This document shows positions 22,954-35,749 of a stretch of DNA of 64,000 bases, in pieces. The position numbers and the translations under genes are program-made. Source of the stretch: Patellaria atrata CBS 101060 (lineage: Eukaryota); the NCBI GenBank assembly GCA_010093705.1, contig MU006089.1, positions 1,847,561 to 1,911,560 on the forward strand, in the 5' to 3' direction. Within the stretch, counting starts at the first letter, position 1, and each line of letters starts with the position of its first letter. The notes beneath the pieces were generated by a model. It saw only the letters and a list, made by a program, of their open reading frames with translations. It was not told the DNA's origin and ran no database searches.

Positions 22954-25048
22954 TATAAATATGCAGAGCCACCTAACGAGTGGAATCTTGTGACATTCTA
23001 GAAGCAGAACACCCGGTTGCAGGATAGAAATAAGGCCTGCTATCGATACGCAATAACACATCTTGCTCGTATAATGCTAAGTAACTAGCGTAACAGAGAC
23101 AACATGTGCAAATTCTACCATAATAGAATAGTAGTGTAGAGTGAAACGCACGTAAACATACTCTAACGACGTAAGGCGGTAATTTTTGCCACCTAGAGAC
23201 GTTTGTTAATTGTAGCAATCAGCAGCGAGGTTCTCTAGGAAATTTTATTGAAATTGATCCGATCGGAATAGTTTGAGGTACTCCGGGATATCAGATATAG
23301 TAAAGTAGTCACATTTGAACAACGGTGGCGGCAAGTTGCAAGCCTGTGCTACCACAGCACGTGCCGTAACCCTGTTCCAGATTGACTATTGTCCCAATTA
23401 ACCTCAATGAGGAACAAATACTGGATGAACGTAAAGAACCCCTTTCGACGTAGTCTAGTGACGCAGCTGTGCCCAAGTGCACTGGAGTCGGTTTGCTGGT
23501 CTGTGGAACCATACAGAGTAATCTTGAAGTATTACTAGAAGACAGCGCCAACAACGTAAGAGGTCGTTCCAAACCCAAAGTATGTGTTGTAAGTCGCATC
23601 ACCTTACAGAGTACAGATGCGTAAGATGGTAGGACTGTTGTGATTAAGGCATCGTATGTGCATGGAATAGAGCTATTAGACTTGTCTACCAGTGACTAAT
23701 AGCTGAGGTATATAAAGACGATCTGACGAAGGGAGCGGTGGAAGGGGTATCCGATCCGTAGAATCATGATGTTGCACGTACCTTTGGGTGATTATGGAGG
23801 TTGGGACGAAATGCTCCTTTCTGCTAGCAAGCATTGCTGCCCAATTTCGAACCCCTTTGCTCTCAGCCCAAGGTCATTGACAGCATCATTAGCTTTGGGC
23901 AGATACAGGAATATTTTCGTTTTCATCGCGAATGGTTCTGGCTTTTGATTTTCGTCGTAGCGTCCTCTTCTCGTCGTTCTCAAAGTTCGTCATGAGGTAT
24001 ATTTCTTAGAACTACCTTGGAGCTGCTTGGCCTCTAGTTCTAAGCGACGCAGAGAGCTGGAAACCAGGAACAGTGCGGTTCAGTACTGTATAATCAAATA
24101 ACTTTTATCCCATGAAAAGTGAGAATGGACTAAGGTAAAGGGACAGGACTGGGTTGCTGCCCGATTTCTTGCAGCCTCGCAGTGCAGTAACTTTTTAGTT
24201 CTATGTACTGCGTTCTGGCGCGGAGAAAGGCCAATCAACGGCGATAAAGGTAAGGTATACCGATGATTTTCGGGTCCCATCAAGCCCAAAGTAGCCAGAA
24301 CAAAGGCTGGTCCCAAAGGAGCCCCTAGAATTGTTGATAGAGGTGCTGTGTGTGGTCAGGCCGCGATGGTTTGTACTGTACAGCCGCGGTGCGAAACTTT
24401 TTTCTATGCCTACCTTAGTTCCACCCTTTCAGAACTAGTCGCCGCTAATCCGTTCAGATGGCAAGGGCAGCAAGAGAGGGGAGCCTCATACACCAACGTG
24501 TACCTTCGTCTTTTGTACTCTTCCAGTTCCTTTCCAATTAGAACATTCCCCTCTAATCTTGGACTTCTACCCACTGCAAAGAAATTTTCTTCTATACCAT
24601 AGGGCTCGTTTATCTTACTCCCTCACTCCCAAGTACTGCCACTAGCACATGCGAGAGTGTTAAACCCTCAGCCATTCTACCTTAGCTGTGGCCTGTCTGT
24701 GACATACTCCCTCTTTCTTCACATCTAATCTTTTCCTGAGTCTCCTGGCTCTTTCTTAGCTACAACCTATATCGTAGCCTTTGCAGTTCTATTTCCGTCC
24801 TGGTCAAGCCATCCGAATTATCTAGGGACGCCATACTGCCGGTATATTCACCCTGACGCACCCCCTCTCTCCCATCATTTTCCAGCTCCTGCCTCGCAGC
24901 TTCTTGATCCGTCCCTTCTCTAGTTTTCTGGAATACCATTCCTGGGCCTCCACCACCAGCACTGCATTTTCTTGGGTCAAACCGCCCCTTAGGGTGTATT
25001 CTCGCACCAAGACGTTGCCTCTTTCTCTGTGATTCACGGATTCACACA

Positions 25049-26409
25049 ATGGCCCCCCCTCGCCCTGAGGTGCCCTCAAAACTGCACCGTTGGTGGCAAG
25101 CCGAGGATGGTATTCATCCAGACGTCCTTAGAAATTCCATCAAATTACGTCTCGGTAAAACTGCGAAAATAGTAGAGCATTATACGGTATGTTAATGTCA
25201 TATTCTCAATGAATGAGACCTGACTCAGATATTGTAGGGAAATCCAAGAGGATACTGGATAGAATCGGATCGTCATTACTTCACCAAGGTAGACTACCCC
25301 AGAAATTTCTACGCTTTCTCGGACTGATGTATATTGTATCGCAGGATGAAATTGAAGATTTACAAAGGGATTCGATCAGGTTGTGGCCGCAGCGATCGGG
25401 GAGAGGTGGGCCGCACACTTTGTGATGGAATTTAGTGGATGGTCTCTGACAATTCGGTAGTTCCCCATGAGGACTCACCAACCTTTCAGGATAGGAACTC
25501 GCATTCAGACCCCCGAGCAGGTACCCGAGCAGGTACTCGACCTCCACCCCAAGATTATTCTCCAGTACCTTCCCAGGCACCCCACCGGGCTGGCCCTCGA
25601 ACTGCATCTCAAGCTAACTCTCAAGCAAACCCATGGCCAGAGGTTCGCTCCTCTCGAGTAGATTATCCAGCAGGCGCCCCAGCTGAGCACTCCTGGTCAG
25701 AGCCACCACGAAGACCAGAAACCCAGCTAGATCCACGAGCTCCCCCCTCATACACGGGCTATCATCTTCCTACAGCTTCAACTCCGACGTACACTCAACC
25801 CCCACAGACCTCATATTCTCAGCACTCTATACCTTATGGACAGCAAGGGTATACACATGCTCAACCCGCGCACGCACAACCTCCACATGTACAACCCCCC
25901 TATAGCCAGCCTCAACACCATCAACAAGCATATCTGGATCAATATGGCCAGCCAGGATACACAACGTCCAGGTCAGAGAGCCAGCCAGCTTATTCAGCAC
26001 CATCTAGGACGGATAGCCAGCCAGGATATAGACAATCCGGAATAGAAGGGCAGCCGGGTTATGTCCAACAACAACAACCCAGGACGACACCTTCATATGG
26101 CTATCCGGATATCCAAGATGCGCCACCATATCCTCAACAAGGTCATTACTCACACTACGCGCAATCAGCTTCAAGGGAACCAGTGTATTCACCTCCTGCT
26201 GTAGCGCAACCACCACCAAGGTATTTTGAATACTTCCCAGGACATTTATTGGTTATTCACTAATACCCGGTAGGAATACCCAGGTTTACTATACTACCGA
26301 TGGTCGAGGTAAGTATATGTTGGAGTTGTAAGTATCTAACACGGGAAAACTGACTGTTCCAGCTGTTCAATTCGCTCCTTCGCCTGGTGACCCTCGAAGT
26401 CGTCACTGA
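25049..26409 (+). CDS. RfeG-like protein with Q/P/Y-rich low-complexity tail; about 6 exons
   Basis: Spliced N-terminus WWQAEDGIHPDVLRNSIKLRLGKTAKI...GYWIESDRHYFTKDEIEDLQRDSIRLW resembles my recollection of the RfeG core (DGIxREVIQADICRYLG...GYFI...MIADLKADSARW). Frame-consistent GT-AG introns lead to TGA at 26407-26409. Confidence 0.7.
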
Positions 26410-27913
26410 TTAGTTGTCACCAAGCAATTCCCCGTTATACATTTCTTTTGTTTTACTTGGATTAGGAGTTGAACTTCTAGACCGCCGTACTTCACGTTGA
26501 CCAAATTTGGATCAACTAGTTTCCAGGAGCCGAGCGGTTGGCCGCTAGATGAAGGATCCGTTATGTATTTCACCCAGTGGATACCCCTTTGGTAGACTTC
26601 CTCTAATCACTTGAAATCTTGGTTCTGGTCATAGCGAAGGATCTCAGCATCCGTCCGAGTGCATGTTCCTTCCAAATGTGGATCCTAAGAAGCTCGCCAT
26701 ATTCTCACTGGATGGGTTCCACTTACGCTGGTCTACGGCTGATTTTTTTTGAATACCCCCTTTCCTCATTCTGGATATGCTGAACGTCTTGATTTCCTTG
26801 CTCTTCAATTCATTTCTTTGTCTTTCTTTGCCGGAATTCTATCAACACGAATGTTGTAAGGTAACATCCAACAACATGGTCCTGGAATGGAAATGCGCCG
26901 ACAGAAAAGATCCTCAGGCACGCCCAATCCAAATCAATTCTTTCCAGTTGCAGTCCACTAAGGGATGGATGTCACATTGTCATGCGTTTCCGGAACACTG
27001 GTAAAAGTGTAAATGATGATGCCTCGAGATTCCCCGAGTTTACTCTGGTGGCCTCTGGAGACTTGCTATCCAACTCATACTTTTTTCGATACCAAGGAGT
27101 ATCCCATGGTGGAACAAAGAATGATGCGCGTCTAGAGCCTTCCCAGTGCGTACATTTTGGATGCCGCTCCGGAGACACGTAATCTAACCCCTCTCGAGTG
27201 AAAATGGGATCAATACCGAATTCGATCTTTTAATGATCAATATCAATGGTCAAAAAAAGCTACAAGTTGCATTGCATCGCAGTTACTTCATCGAGTTGTT
27301 TCCCAGCTTATGGTCCAGGTACAGGACCCTTCCCCAGTGCCTACTTTTCTTTTCTCGAGTCTTCATCATCGCCGGGTCGCTGGTCTCCTCCTTTCGTTTG
27401 TAATTTTGTATATAACACGTACCGCATTCGCTTCGACGGTTTCAAGGATACCATGTTCTGTTCGCCGCTTGGGCGACTTTTGCTGTTGGTTGTTCTTGCA
27501 TAGCTTGCGGTTCGGGAAATTCCGTCACGGCGTGGTCTTCACATTGATTCTAGGATTATCTTGTCTTGAGGATTAATGAAAACACAAGAACCTCTGGGAG
27601 GTATGAAGGTACGGAATCAGGAGATGTTTGGTCGGAAAAAGAAGGATGTAACTACGCTAGTGTCTATGATTCACGGTTCTGGTTAGGTCAATGAGAAGGA
27701 TAAGTAATGTGACTCACGCTCGCTTCTTAGAGTCAGAACATGCTAAACTGTGAAAGTGATCCTATTTTGAATGTAAGAAAGAGTCAATGCTACTAAAGAA
27801 CAGAAAGCGGGTATCTTGGGAATGCAGAAAAACTCCTCCATGAAGCGCCTGCACAATCCAAAGCATATCAGCTGACCCCGATACTCTGAAAAGAACATGA
27901 ACATACCACAAAA

Positions 27914-30614
27914 TTATCCCAATCTCGCACGTTCCACTCCAACAAGTCGCTCAAAGGAAACCATTACCCACGCAAGAGCCTGGTCAACATCTCGCATATG
28001 ATCCCATCCAACAGGCCAAAGCCGAAGCATCCAACCTCCTGTTCCATACGCGCCGGTGCCGACCTTATAATTGCTTACGCCAGCGCCAAAATACTCGAGT
28101 ACGTTCCAGACTGGGGCGAGCAGATCCACAAGCGCAATTTGAAGGGGACCAGCTTCCGGGATGGAGTCATCGGTAGAGGCGAACGGGGAGAAGCCGGCTG
28201 GTACGTCCATCGCCGGGGCCGGACGATGTGCAAAGCTGAGAGCCTCCGTACGTGTGACGGAGTTGGCTGAACCCCAGGCGCGGCCGACAGACCGATTGGC
28301 TGCCATGGGGAAAAGCATCCAGCCAGCGAGGAACAGCATACAGGCGACTAGGATGAGTGGAGAACCGTAGGTCTTCCAGAAGGGGATGGGCTCTGCCTCC
28401 TTTACGATGTATACAGTGGTGGAGGGGGCTTCCACCACAAGGGCCGGATCTGTCTGGGTTGAGACGGACGCGACGGCAACGGAGCAGACCGTGGGCTCGT
28501 ACGAGAACACCTCCACGACGGGGGAGAGCTCGAGCTTCGGCGCAGCCGGAGCAGCAACGGTCTGCGTCCCGGATGAACTATACGGGACGGGATGGCCAAC
28601 GGGCTCGTACGACATGATCTCCTTGATACCGGAGAGAGAGATATCAATTACAGCCGGAACTGCAATTGTCTGCGTCCCACTTGAACGGTATGAGACGGAA
28701 TGCTCAACTGGCTCGTATGACATGATTTCCTTGATACCAGAGAGAGCGATATCTGGTACAGCCGAAGCTGCAATTGTCTGCGTCCCGGATGAATGGTACG
28801 AGACGGAACGCTCAACTGGCTCGTACGATATGATCTCCTTAATACCGGAGAGAGCGAGATCAGCTGCAACGGGAGCTGCAACTGTCTGCATCCCACATAA
28901 ACTGTAAGAGACATGGTGTTCAATTAGTTCAGAGGAAACAATTTCCTTGATCCCGGAGAATGCGAGATTGGTTACAGCAGGAACTAGATCTGCCTGCGTC
29001 CCAAACGAACTGTAAGAGACGGAGCGTTCAATGGGTTCAGAAGCAATCTCCTTGATACCGGTGAGAGTGAAAGCAGCTACAGCGGGAGCTGCAACTGTCT
29101 GCGTCCCGCATGAACTGTAGGAGACGGAATGTTCAACTGGTTCAGAAGCAATCTCCTTGATGCCGGAGAGAGCGGGAGCAGCTACGGCGGGAGCTGTAAC
29201 TGTCTGCGTCCCATATGAACGGTAAGAGACGGAGTCTTCAATGGGTTCAGAGGAGGCAATCTCCTTGATGCCGGAGAATGTGAGATTGGTTACAGCCGGA
29301 ACAGGTGCGACCTGCATACGTTCCGCATGTTCGTCTGTATCAGTCATGATCTCGTCCGCCAGTGATAGAGTCGGTATAGGTAATCCCGAAGCTTGCTGCA
29401 AGATAGCATACCGCTGGTGAATTTCTTCGAGATCAGCAGTGACTTTTTCAAGTTTCTCTTCCCGAGCGTTAAGTTCATGATAACACGCCTCGAGATTAGC
29501 GGTGAGAAGCCTAGAGTCTCTGTCCTGCGCGATGCGTTGGGTTTCGAGCATTTCGAACGCAGCGAGGTTCTCTCCGAGTCTAGCGATTTCCGCATCACGT
29601 TCATGGATTGCTACTTTGGCATCGTTTATGTCGCTTTGAAGTCGTTTCTCAGACACTTGAAGGTGATCAACCCGTACTCGGAGTTCATCGTGATGGATCG
29701 TCTTCTCATTGTTGGCTCGTCTCTCATTCTCAATTTGGGCCATGCACTGGTCGAGAAACTGTTTGGTCTCTTCATACGTCTTTTGTAAGTCTGTGAGTTT
29801 TTCCTTGGTCTCGCGAGCTTCGTTATGATGAACTGCGACATCTCGCTGGAGTCGCTGCGACAACTCCCTGTAGTCGCGGCTCTTCGTCCAGACTTCCTCG
29901 AACCTTTGTTCGCCTCGTTGAATTGATTCTTCGCTGAATTTAATTTGCTCTTGGAGTTCTTCCTTCTCGCCTTCGAGCTTAACAATTTCTACATGGAGCT
30001 CTTCGATCCGTTCATTGAGAGAGTAGTTTTCACCTTCAAGCTTCGTGATCTCTTGACCCGCTATCTGCAATTCTGTCTGCTCAGGAACCTCGCTCCCATC
30101 TTGATCATCCATGCCGTCTCTGTAGTGATCAGGATCCACGATTTGTATGTCTTGATTTATTGAGTACGCATCCTCCTCCTCGTCCATGCCGTCGCTTGAG
30201 CTGCCGCTGTCGCTTTTATTCTCGCCTGCGTTATCACCTGGTGCAATGTTCGAATTATTGAGCCTGGCTTCAATTTCATCTGATTCACCAGACAATACCA
30301 GCCATTTGTATCTAATAGCACGGCTGCCAGGTTGAGCGATTGGTCGATTATTTGCTTGAGCGAAGCTTGTTGGAGGTCCCTCGGGTCCGTCGAATCGCGC
30401 TGTACCGAAAACGGAATGATAAGCACAAAGACATAAAAAATCCCAACGACTCCAAAATCAACTTACCTTCTTGGTCAATGCCAAATTGGAATTTGGAGTT
30501 TCCAGCCGTTTCCGATTCGATTTCGTGGTAGTGCTCCTGGTCTTCTGCGTATGGACCTTGTTCGATCTCATCGCTTGGGCGCTTGATGTTTTTACCCTTG
30601 CCGTAATTACTCAT
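27914..30614 (-). CDS. Coiled-coil protein with tandem TQT-motif repeats and C-terminal TM segment; 2 exons
   Basis: ATG at 30614 (MSNYGKGK). Intron 30466-30400 (GTAAGT...TACAG) joins in frame to the 793-codon ORF. It has an E/K/Q/R-rich heptad region, eight repeats and a hydrophobic LILVACMLFLAGWMLF segment. Confidence 0.85.
28450..29297 (-). repeat. Coding minisatellite: about 8 units of 105-108 bp (35-36 aa)
   Basis: Units read LSGIKEIxSxEPVEHSVSYxSxGTQTVAAPA. At DNA level ctccttgat(a/g)ccggaga and tgtctgcgtccc recur. Confidence 0.9.
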
Positions 30615-32498
30615 GGTAATTGTTAGTTTGAATTTGTTCAGAGGTCGTAAATATGATTGATTGGAAAGAAGATGTAGGAAGTGTCTGAAGAATGAAGCTG
30701 TAGGATGTGTTGGACAAGAAAGCTGTTGGAAGTGTTGAAGAAGGAGGAAGGATTTTTGAGGACAACACAACAATAACATTGAATTTATTTTATGAGCCAG
30801 CGATAGACCGAAGTAACGGCTATTGTCACATGGTGAAGGGGCTGTCGCTACTGTTGGTGACAATAGTCGGGCGACTATTGTTTGATCAGTGTTCTTTGAC
30901 AGACTGTCACCAGTGTGAATGCCATAGACCACAATAGCTACGTAATGCTTCACACTATCCGCTCCCACTTCAAGCCGTCGACTCCGCCGTAGAGGTAAGG
31001 CGAGAACAGAAAAGAGATTCAAGGTATACAATCAACTGGCTATACCGATCTACGCTTATTATTTAGGTCGCCAATAGACTCCACCAATACCTATCATTCA
31101 CATGCCGCAGGTCAACGTGGTTATGCTTGGTGAATAGCTTAGTAGCTGTTGCTTGATGCAACTATCTAGTAGCTACTCAAATCTCAGTCACTTTTTCTTG
31201 TCGTATCTCATACTCCTTCTCCTTTCATGACGCTCTCTCAAACCGTCTCCAACCTCGCTACACTATAAAGATGAAACCACGGAGTTAAGTTATTTAATTG
31301 GATCAATTTGTATTGTCCAGTCACTTTATATAGTTCATCTTATTTGTAGAGTTCAGTCATTTTATACTACGAATGTCTCATAAGCGTATAAAAGACACTA
31401 AGATGCCAATCGCAACAGGAAAGGTGATGAATAATCTCATTTCTCATCAAGGCATCCTTCACATGTACGCTCGCTTTCAAAATGGTTCTGGACTTGCCGC
31501 ATAAAAGAGTTGAAAACCCGAATCACCTCCAATCGTATGTGGGACTTGACCAAACAGACAATAGAGATATGTTAACTCTGTGATATTGAGCACTCTCCCA
31601 GGAATGATTCGATAAGAGCAAAAAGGGTAATGAATATCAACCGTGGCGGGGACATCATACTTTGAGATGTGAGCAAACCTTACACTAGCCTCACTCTTTA
31701 CCATTTGTCACATCGCGCAGGCTATAATTTATAGTTCATTTCAAATACTTATGAAGACTAAAGTCGACAAATGTCACCATTGCTCGATTGATGCAGTGAG
31801 CTAGACAAAAGATTTCAAATGTGTAGAGCAAACTGACATGACAAGACTGTTATATACCTACATCAGACAATCTGTGCGAGGTGTCCACGGCAAACCTCGA
31901 AACACCTATCATGATCTATGTCTGACTTGTCCACTGAGAAGAGCGTGTCAAGTGTACAGCAATCAGAAAGTAAACTTAGCAAGGAGAGAGATATGACACG
32001 CCATATACCACAAGTCAATTTTTATAGTGCAGTCTAGTTCTGACTTCACCTCGGGGGTGTATAGTGGGTTCGAAGGCTCTTATTCAAAGCAGGCATACAG
32101 TACCCTAGAAATACCATTTCATACCAAGGAAAGGCGTTACTACAGAAATGAAAAAAAACTCTTTGCGATGGTATTCAGCAGTGAATCTATAGCAAAATAT
32201 TTACTCCTGGCTTGTGAGACGCGGTTCAACTGAGTCGTTTCCTCGTTGCGTCATACTGCATGAAGCCTAATGCAACTTACAACCTTACTTAAGACTAGGG
32301 GCAAGATCCCTGGCCTACGATAACTCCGCGCTTAGATACGGAGGTTCCCCTCTCATATACAGTTTCGTGATATTTTGGATAAAGACCACTAGAAACCATT
32401 GGCTCATTTGCTACTTTTCAGACTGGAGGAATCGAGTCCTCCCTCGGCCTGTACTGTACAGATACAAGTTCAAGTGGAGATACCAGAGGTAATCCAAC

Positions 32499-34136
32499 AT
32501 GACCGTCAAAGCTGATAGTAGTGATACGCCCGCAAGACTCCCATCTGAGCATCCAACGGTGTCATTCTGGCATAGTGAACCATCAGAGTTCCTCTTAGGT
32601 CACCACACAACCCCTGAGCTTCCAGAGTGCGCGGACATTGTGATTATTGGTAGTGGCATCACCGGGACGTCCATAGCGAGATTTCTGGCCGACGACTCCA
32701 GGAGCGATGGCAAAAGTATTGTCATGTTGGAAGCTCGAGAAGCTTGTTGGGGTGCTACAGGTCGAGTAAGACACTCACTATGAAAAGTTGCGCTGGGACT
32801 TTTTGAGCGAATTATGTCTGATGTGCAAGCAACTAGAACGGCGGTCACTGCCAACCCCTTCTTTTCGACCGCACACCCGAAATCGCGGAGTTCGAGCTCG
32901 CCAATATAGCGGCGGTGAAGTCGTACATCGAAGCGAACGAGATCCCATGTGAATGGCGGAGCGTGACGGGATGTCGTAGCTTCTGGTCCGAAGAGATCAT
33001 GAGCATGGCTGAGCGTGCGGTCGCAGCGCTCAAGAAAGCTCGACCAGATATCGGCAAGCTCATTACTATCACCCGCGATCCGGAGATCATGAAGCAGCAT
33101 CGGATTCAGGGTGCTGTGGGGATCACCTTGACGGAGGGCGCGGGACAGCTTTGGCCGTATAAGTATGTGGCGTATATATTGGAAAAACTAATTAAGAACG
33201 GCAGATTGAATTTGCAGGTTAAGACAACAGTTACAGCGATTGAGCAGATTCCGACGACAATGTTAGGGGATGCTCAGGGGGCAAGGTACGTGGTCCAGAC
33301 AAGATCAGGCAATATCAGAGCACGCCATGTCGCTCTGGCGACGAATGGATACACATCACATCTTCTTCCTGAGTTCACTGACCTCATTGTGCCATGTCGA
33401 GGGGAAATGTCAGCTCTGCTACCCCCTGAAGGGTCCAGCCGTCTACCAAACTCTTATGGTTTTCAAGGAGCTAAGGGACACAACATAAATCACGATGAAT
33501 ATTTGGTTCAACGCCCGTTCCAGGATGTTCCAAATCCAGCTGGACACCTAATGTTCGGCGGGGGTCGGGGAGTTGAGAAAGAGGAATCTTTAGGTCTTGA
33601 TGATGACTCCGTGATTGACGAGGATGCCGCAAAGTATTTGAGAAAAACATTACTCGAGTCACTCATTCTTGGGGGGAATGCGAAGGATTTGAAGGAACTG
33701 AAAGCTACTCATGAGTGGACGGGAATCATGGGATATTCGAGGGATGATACGCCTTGGTATGTGAAGAATACTGCTCTTTAAAGCCCCGCTGACAGTGTAG
33801 GGTCGGTCCTATCCCAGATAATCCCGGCCTTTGGCTAGCTGGTGGGTATACTGGTAGGTATATCACATATCATGGTTATAGACTTGGTAAGGCTAACAAC
33901 ATTCAGGCCATGGAATGCCAAATGGAACTCTCTGCGGAAAAGCTCTTGCCAACATGATACTTACCTGGGAGGAGGGACTAGACTTAGAGAATACGGAAGA
34001 CCTGCACAGAGCGGGTGGAGAGATGCCTCGGTCCTACTTAGTCACCACGGAGAGATTGAAACAAGCTCGGAATATGCCCACAGTAATGGAATCTGATCGA
34101 TTAGGGCTATTCCGTCTATATGTAGGTTCAGCATAA
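32499..34136 (+). CDS. FAD-dependent oxidoreductase (DAO family); 4 exons
   Basis: Dinucleotide-binding VIIGSGITG motif, EAREACWGATGR|NGGH, LATNGYTSHLLP, WTGIMGYSRD and GYT|GHGMP. Introns are 32766-32836, 33757-33800 and 33854-33906. Confidence 0.9.
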
Positions 34137-34297
34137 ACGCAAAACCAGAGACACCTAGGGAGATTGAAACTGCTACTCGTTTTTGTGATTGAGATTATTC
34201 TAGCATAATATGCTAGCTAGAAATCTGCCTCTCAGGAGTCCCATGATATCAAGTCACTTCCTAGTTTTTTCTCGAAAGCCACACTTGCCCTAGGCGC

Positions 34298-35369
34298 CTA
34301 AAGCTTCTGGTCTTCTACCCGGACCTCAACGATCTGGTCCAATCCTTCATACTGCGGAACATCGAGACCGTACTTCTCAGCCATGGCCGAACTTAGGAAC
34401 CTTGTCAATCGTTAGTTAGATGTGATAGATTTTACTATTTCTTGTATCAGAGAACGTTGAACTTACCGACCACCTACGAAGTGTCTTCCTTTGAACCACT
34501 TCACTAATGGCTTTGGCGCAGTCAAACTAATCAACGCATCGGGGTGGAATCCCTTTCCTGGGCCAGAGTCTGGGGGACCATCTTCAATGTTCCATGATGA
34601 GGGTGCGTCAACTGCTAGTACCGGGATCTTGGTGTCGCGCAACGCCTTAATCACCTTTGGAAAGGGCTCACGGACTTCACCAGAGAAGCTAAAGCCTGAA
34701 TGATGTAAGTTATGATAAGATTGGTCTTAGAAAAACAGGAGTAATGCAAAGGAGAGGTTAATAAACTCATCTTGGACGTACCAAAGATAGCGTCAACCAC
34801 ATGATCACTCTGTTTCAACGCAGCGTCGAAGTCCTCTGTGAAAGGAATATTAAGGTCTTTGAGTTGCTTTGCCAGCCTCTGGATCCTTTTAGAATTCCAT
34901 TCATGGTGAGGTCACAGAATACTCTCACCTGATAAAGTTCATTTTTGCTCTGCTTCGGGTAATACATCGTCGGCTTGTAACCATAGTGCCATAAGTGACG
35001 AGCTGCAACGAGACCATCGCCACCTATCGTAGATATTAGCATGCTATGAGACAATAGAGAACTATGTACGTACCATTATTTCCAGGTCCACAAGCTACTA
35101 AGATGCGGTTCCCTCTGCTAATAGGTTGAAGCTTGTATACTGTTTAAATTCTTTAGTTTCATGATATAGTATCAACATTCAAACCTTTGAAACCAACCTG
35201 CTTGAGATACAGAGAGTCCTGCAAGCTCCATCAATTGATCGATGGAGAATGCACCAGCACTCATCAACTCCTGATCTAGTGCTCCGGCATTCTTCGCTGA
35301 TAATGTCTATGAATATCCCAGTAAGAATTTGATTGTCACTAATTGAGCTTTACTAACTCTTAACGCCAT
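34298..35369 (-). CDS. NNR1: NAD(P)H-hydrate epimerase (YjeF_N); 7 exons
   Basis: Spliced product contains FSIDQLMELAGLSVSQA, CGPGNN|GGDGLVAARHL, DAIF|GFSFSG, VDAPSSW, LISLTAPKP and HFVGGR|F, and ends ...EDQKL*. Confidence 0.92.
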
Positions 35370-35749
35370 TTTTTGAGTGCGGGCTGAGTGTGGTGAAGAA
35401 AAGAAGTTGCATCCAGTAGGGAGCACAAGTCTGGTGAGTATTAAAGAGAGATTACATCACAGCTTTCCTTTAGAATAAGAGCTATGCATAAACATGAACT
35501 CAAGGCTGATATATGTCATTTGCAGGGTTGTAGTAAGGAATGATTCAGTCTCTACTTTAGTAACTAGTCTCTCAAATATATATTCTCACCAGCTATCTTG
35601 ATGAGACATTGATATCGCAGGTTTCATCTCATTAGGGTCAAAAACGAGGGCCAAGCTTCCGCCTCCCCAGACCGAACGACCAAAAAGTCCCAAAACCTCA
35701 AAACCGCGCTCTAGGACGAGAATCCCACGCAACCATCCTCAATTCCACG

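Noticed and set aside
23300..24100. Coding-like fragments on the minus strand
   Set aside because: Short and interrupted, with no identifiable family; cannot be supported without a search.
26550..27600. Possible decayed minus-strand gene between the RfeG-like and TQT-repeat genes
   Set aside because: Multiple stops in the frames I read and no recognisable homology.
28450..29297. CRISPR-like regularly spaced repeats
   Set aside because: Eukaryotic in-frame coding repeats without unique spacers or cas genes.
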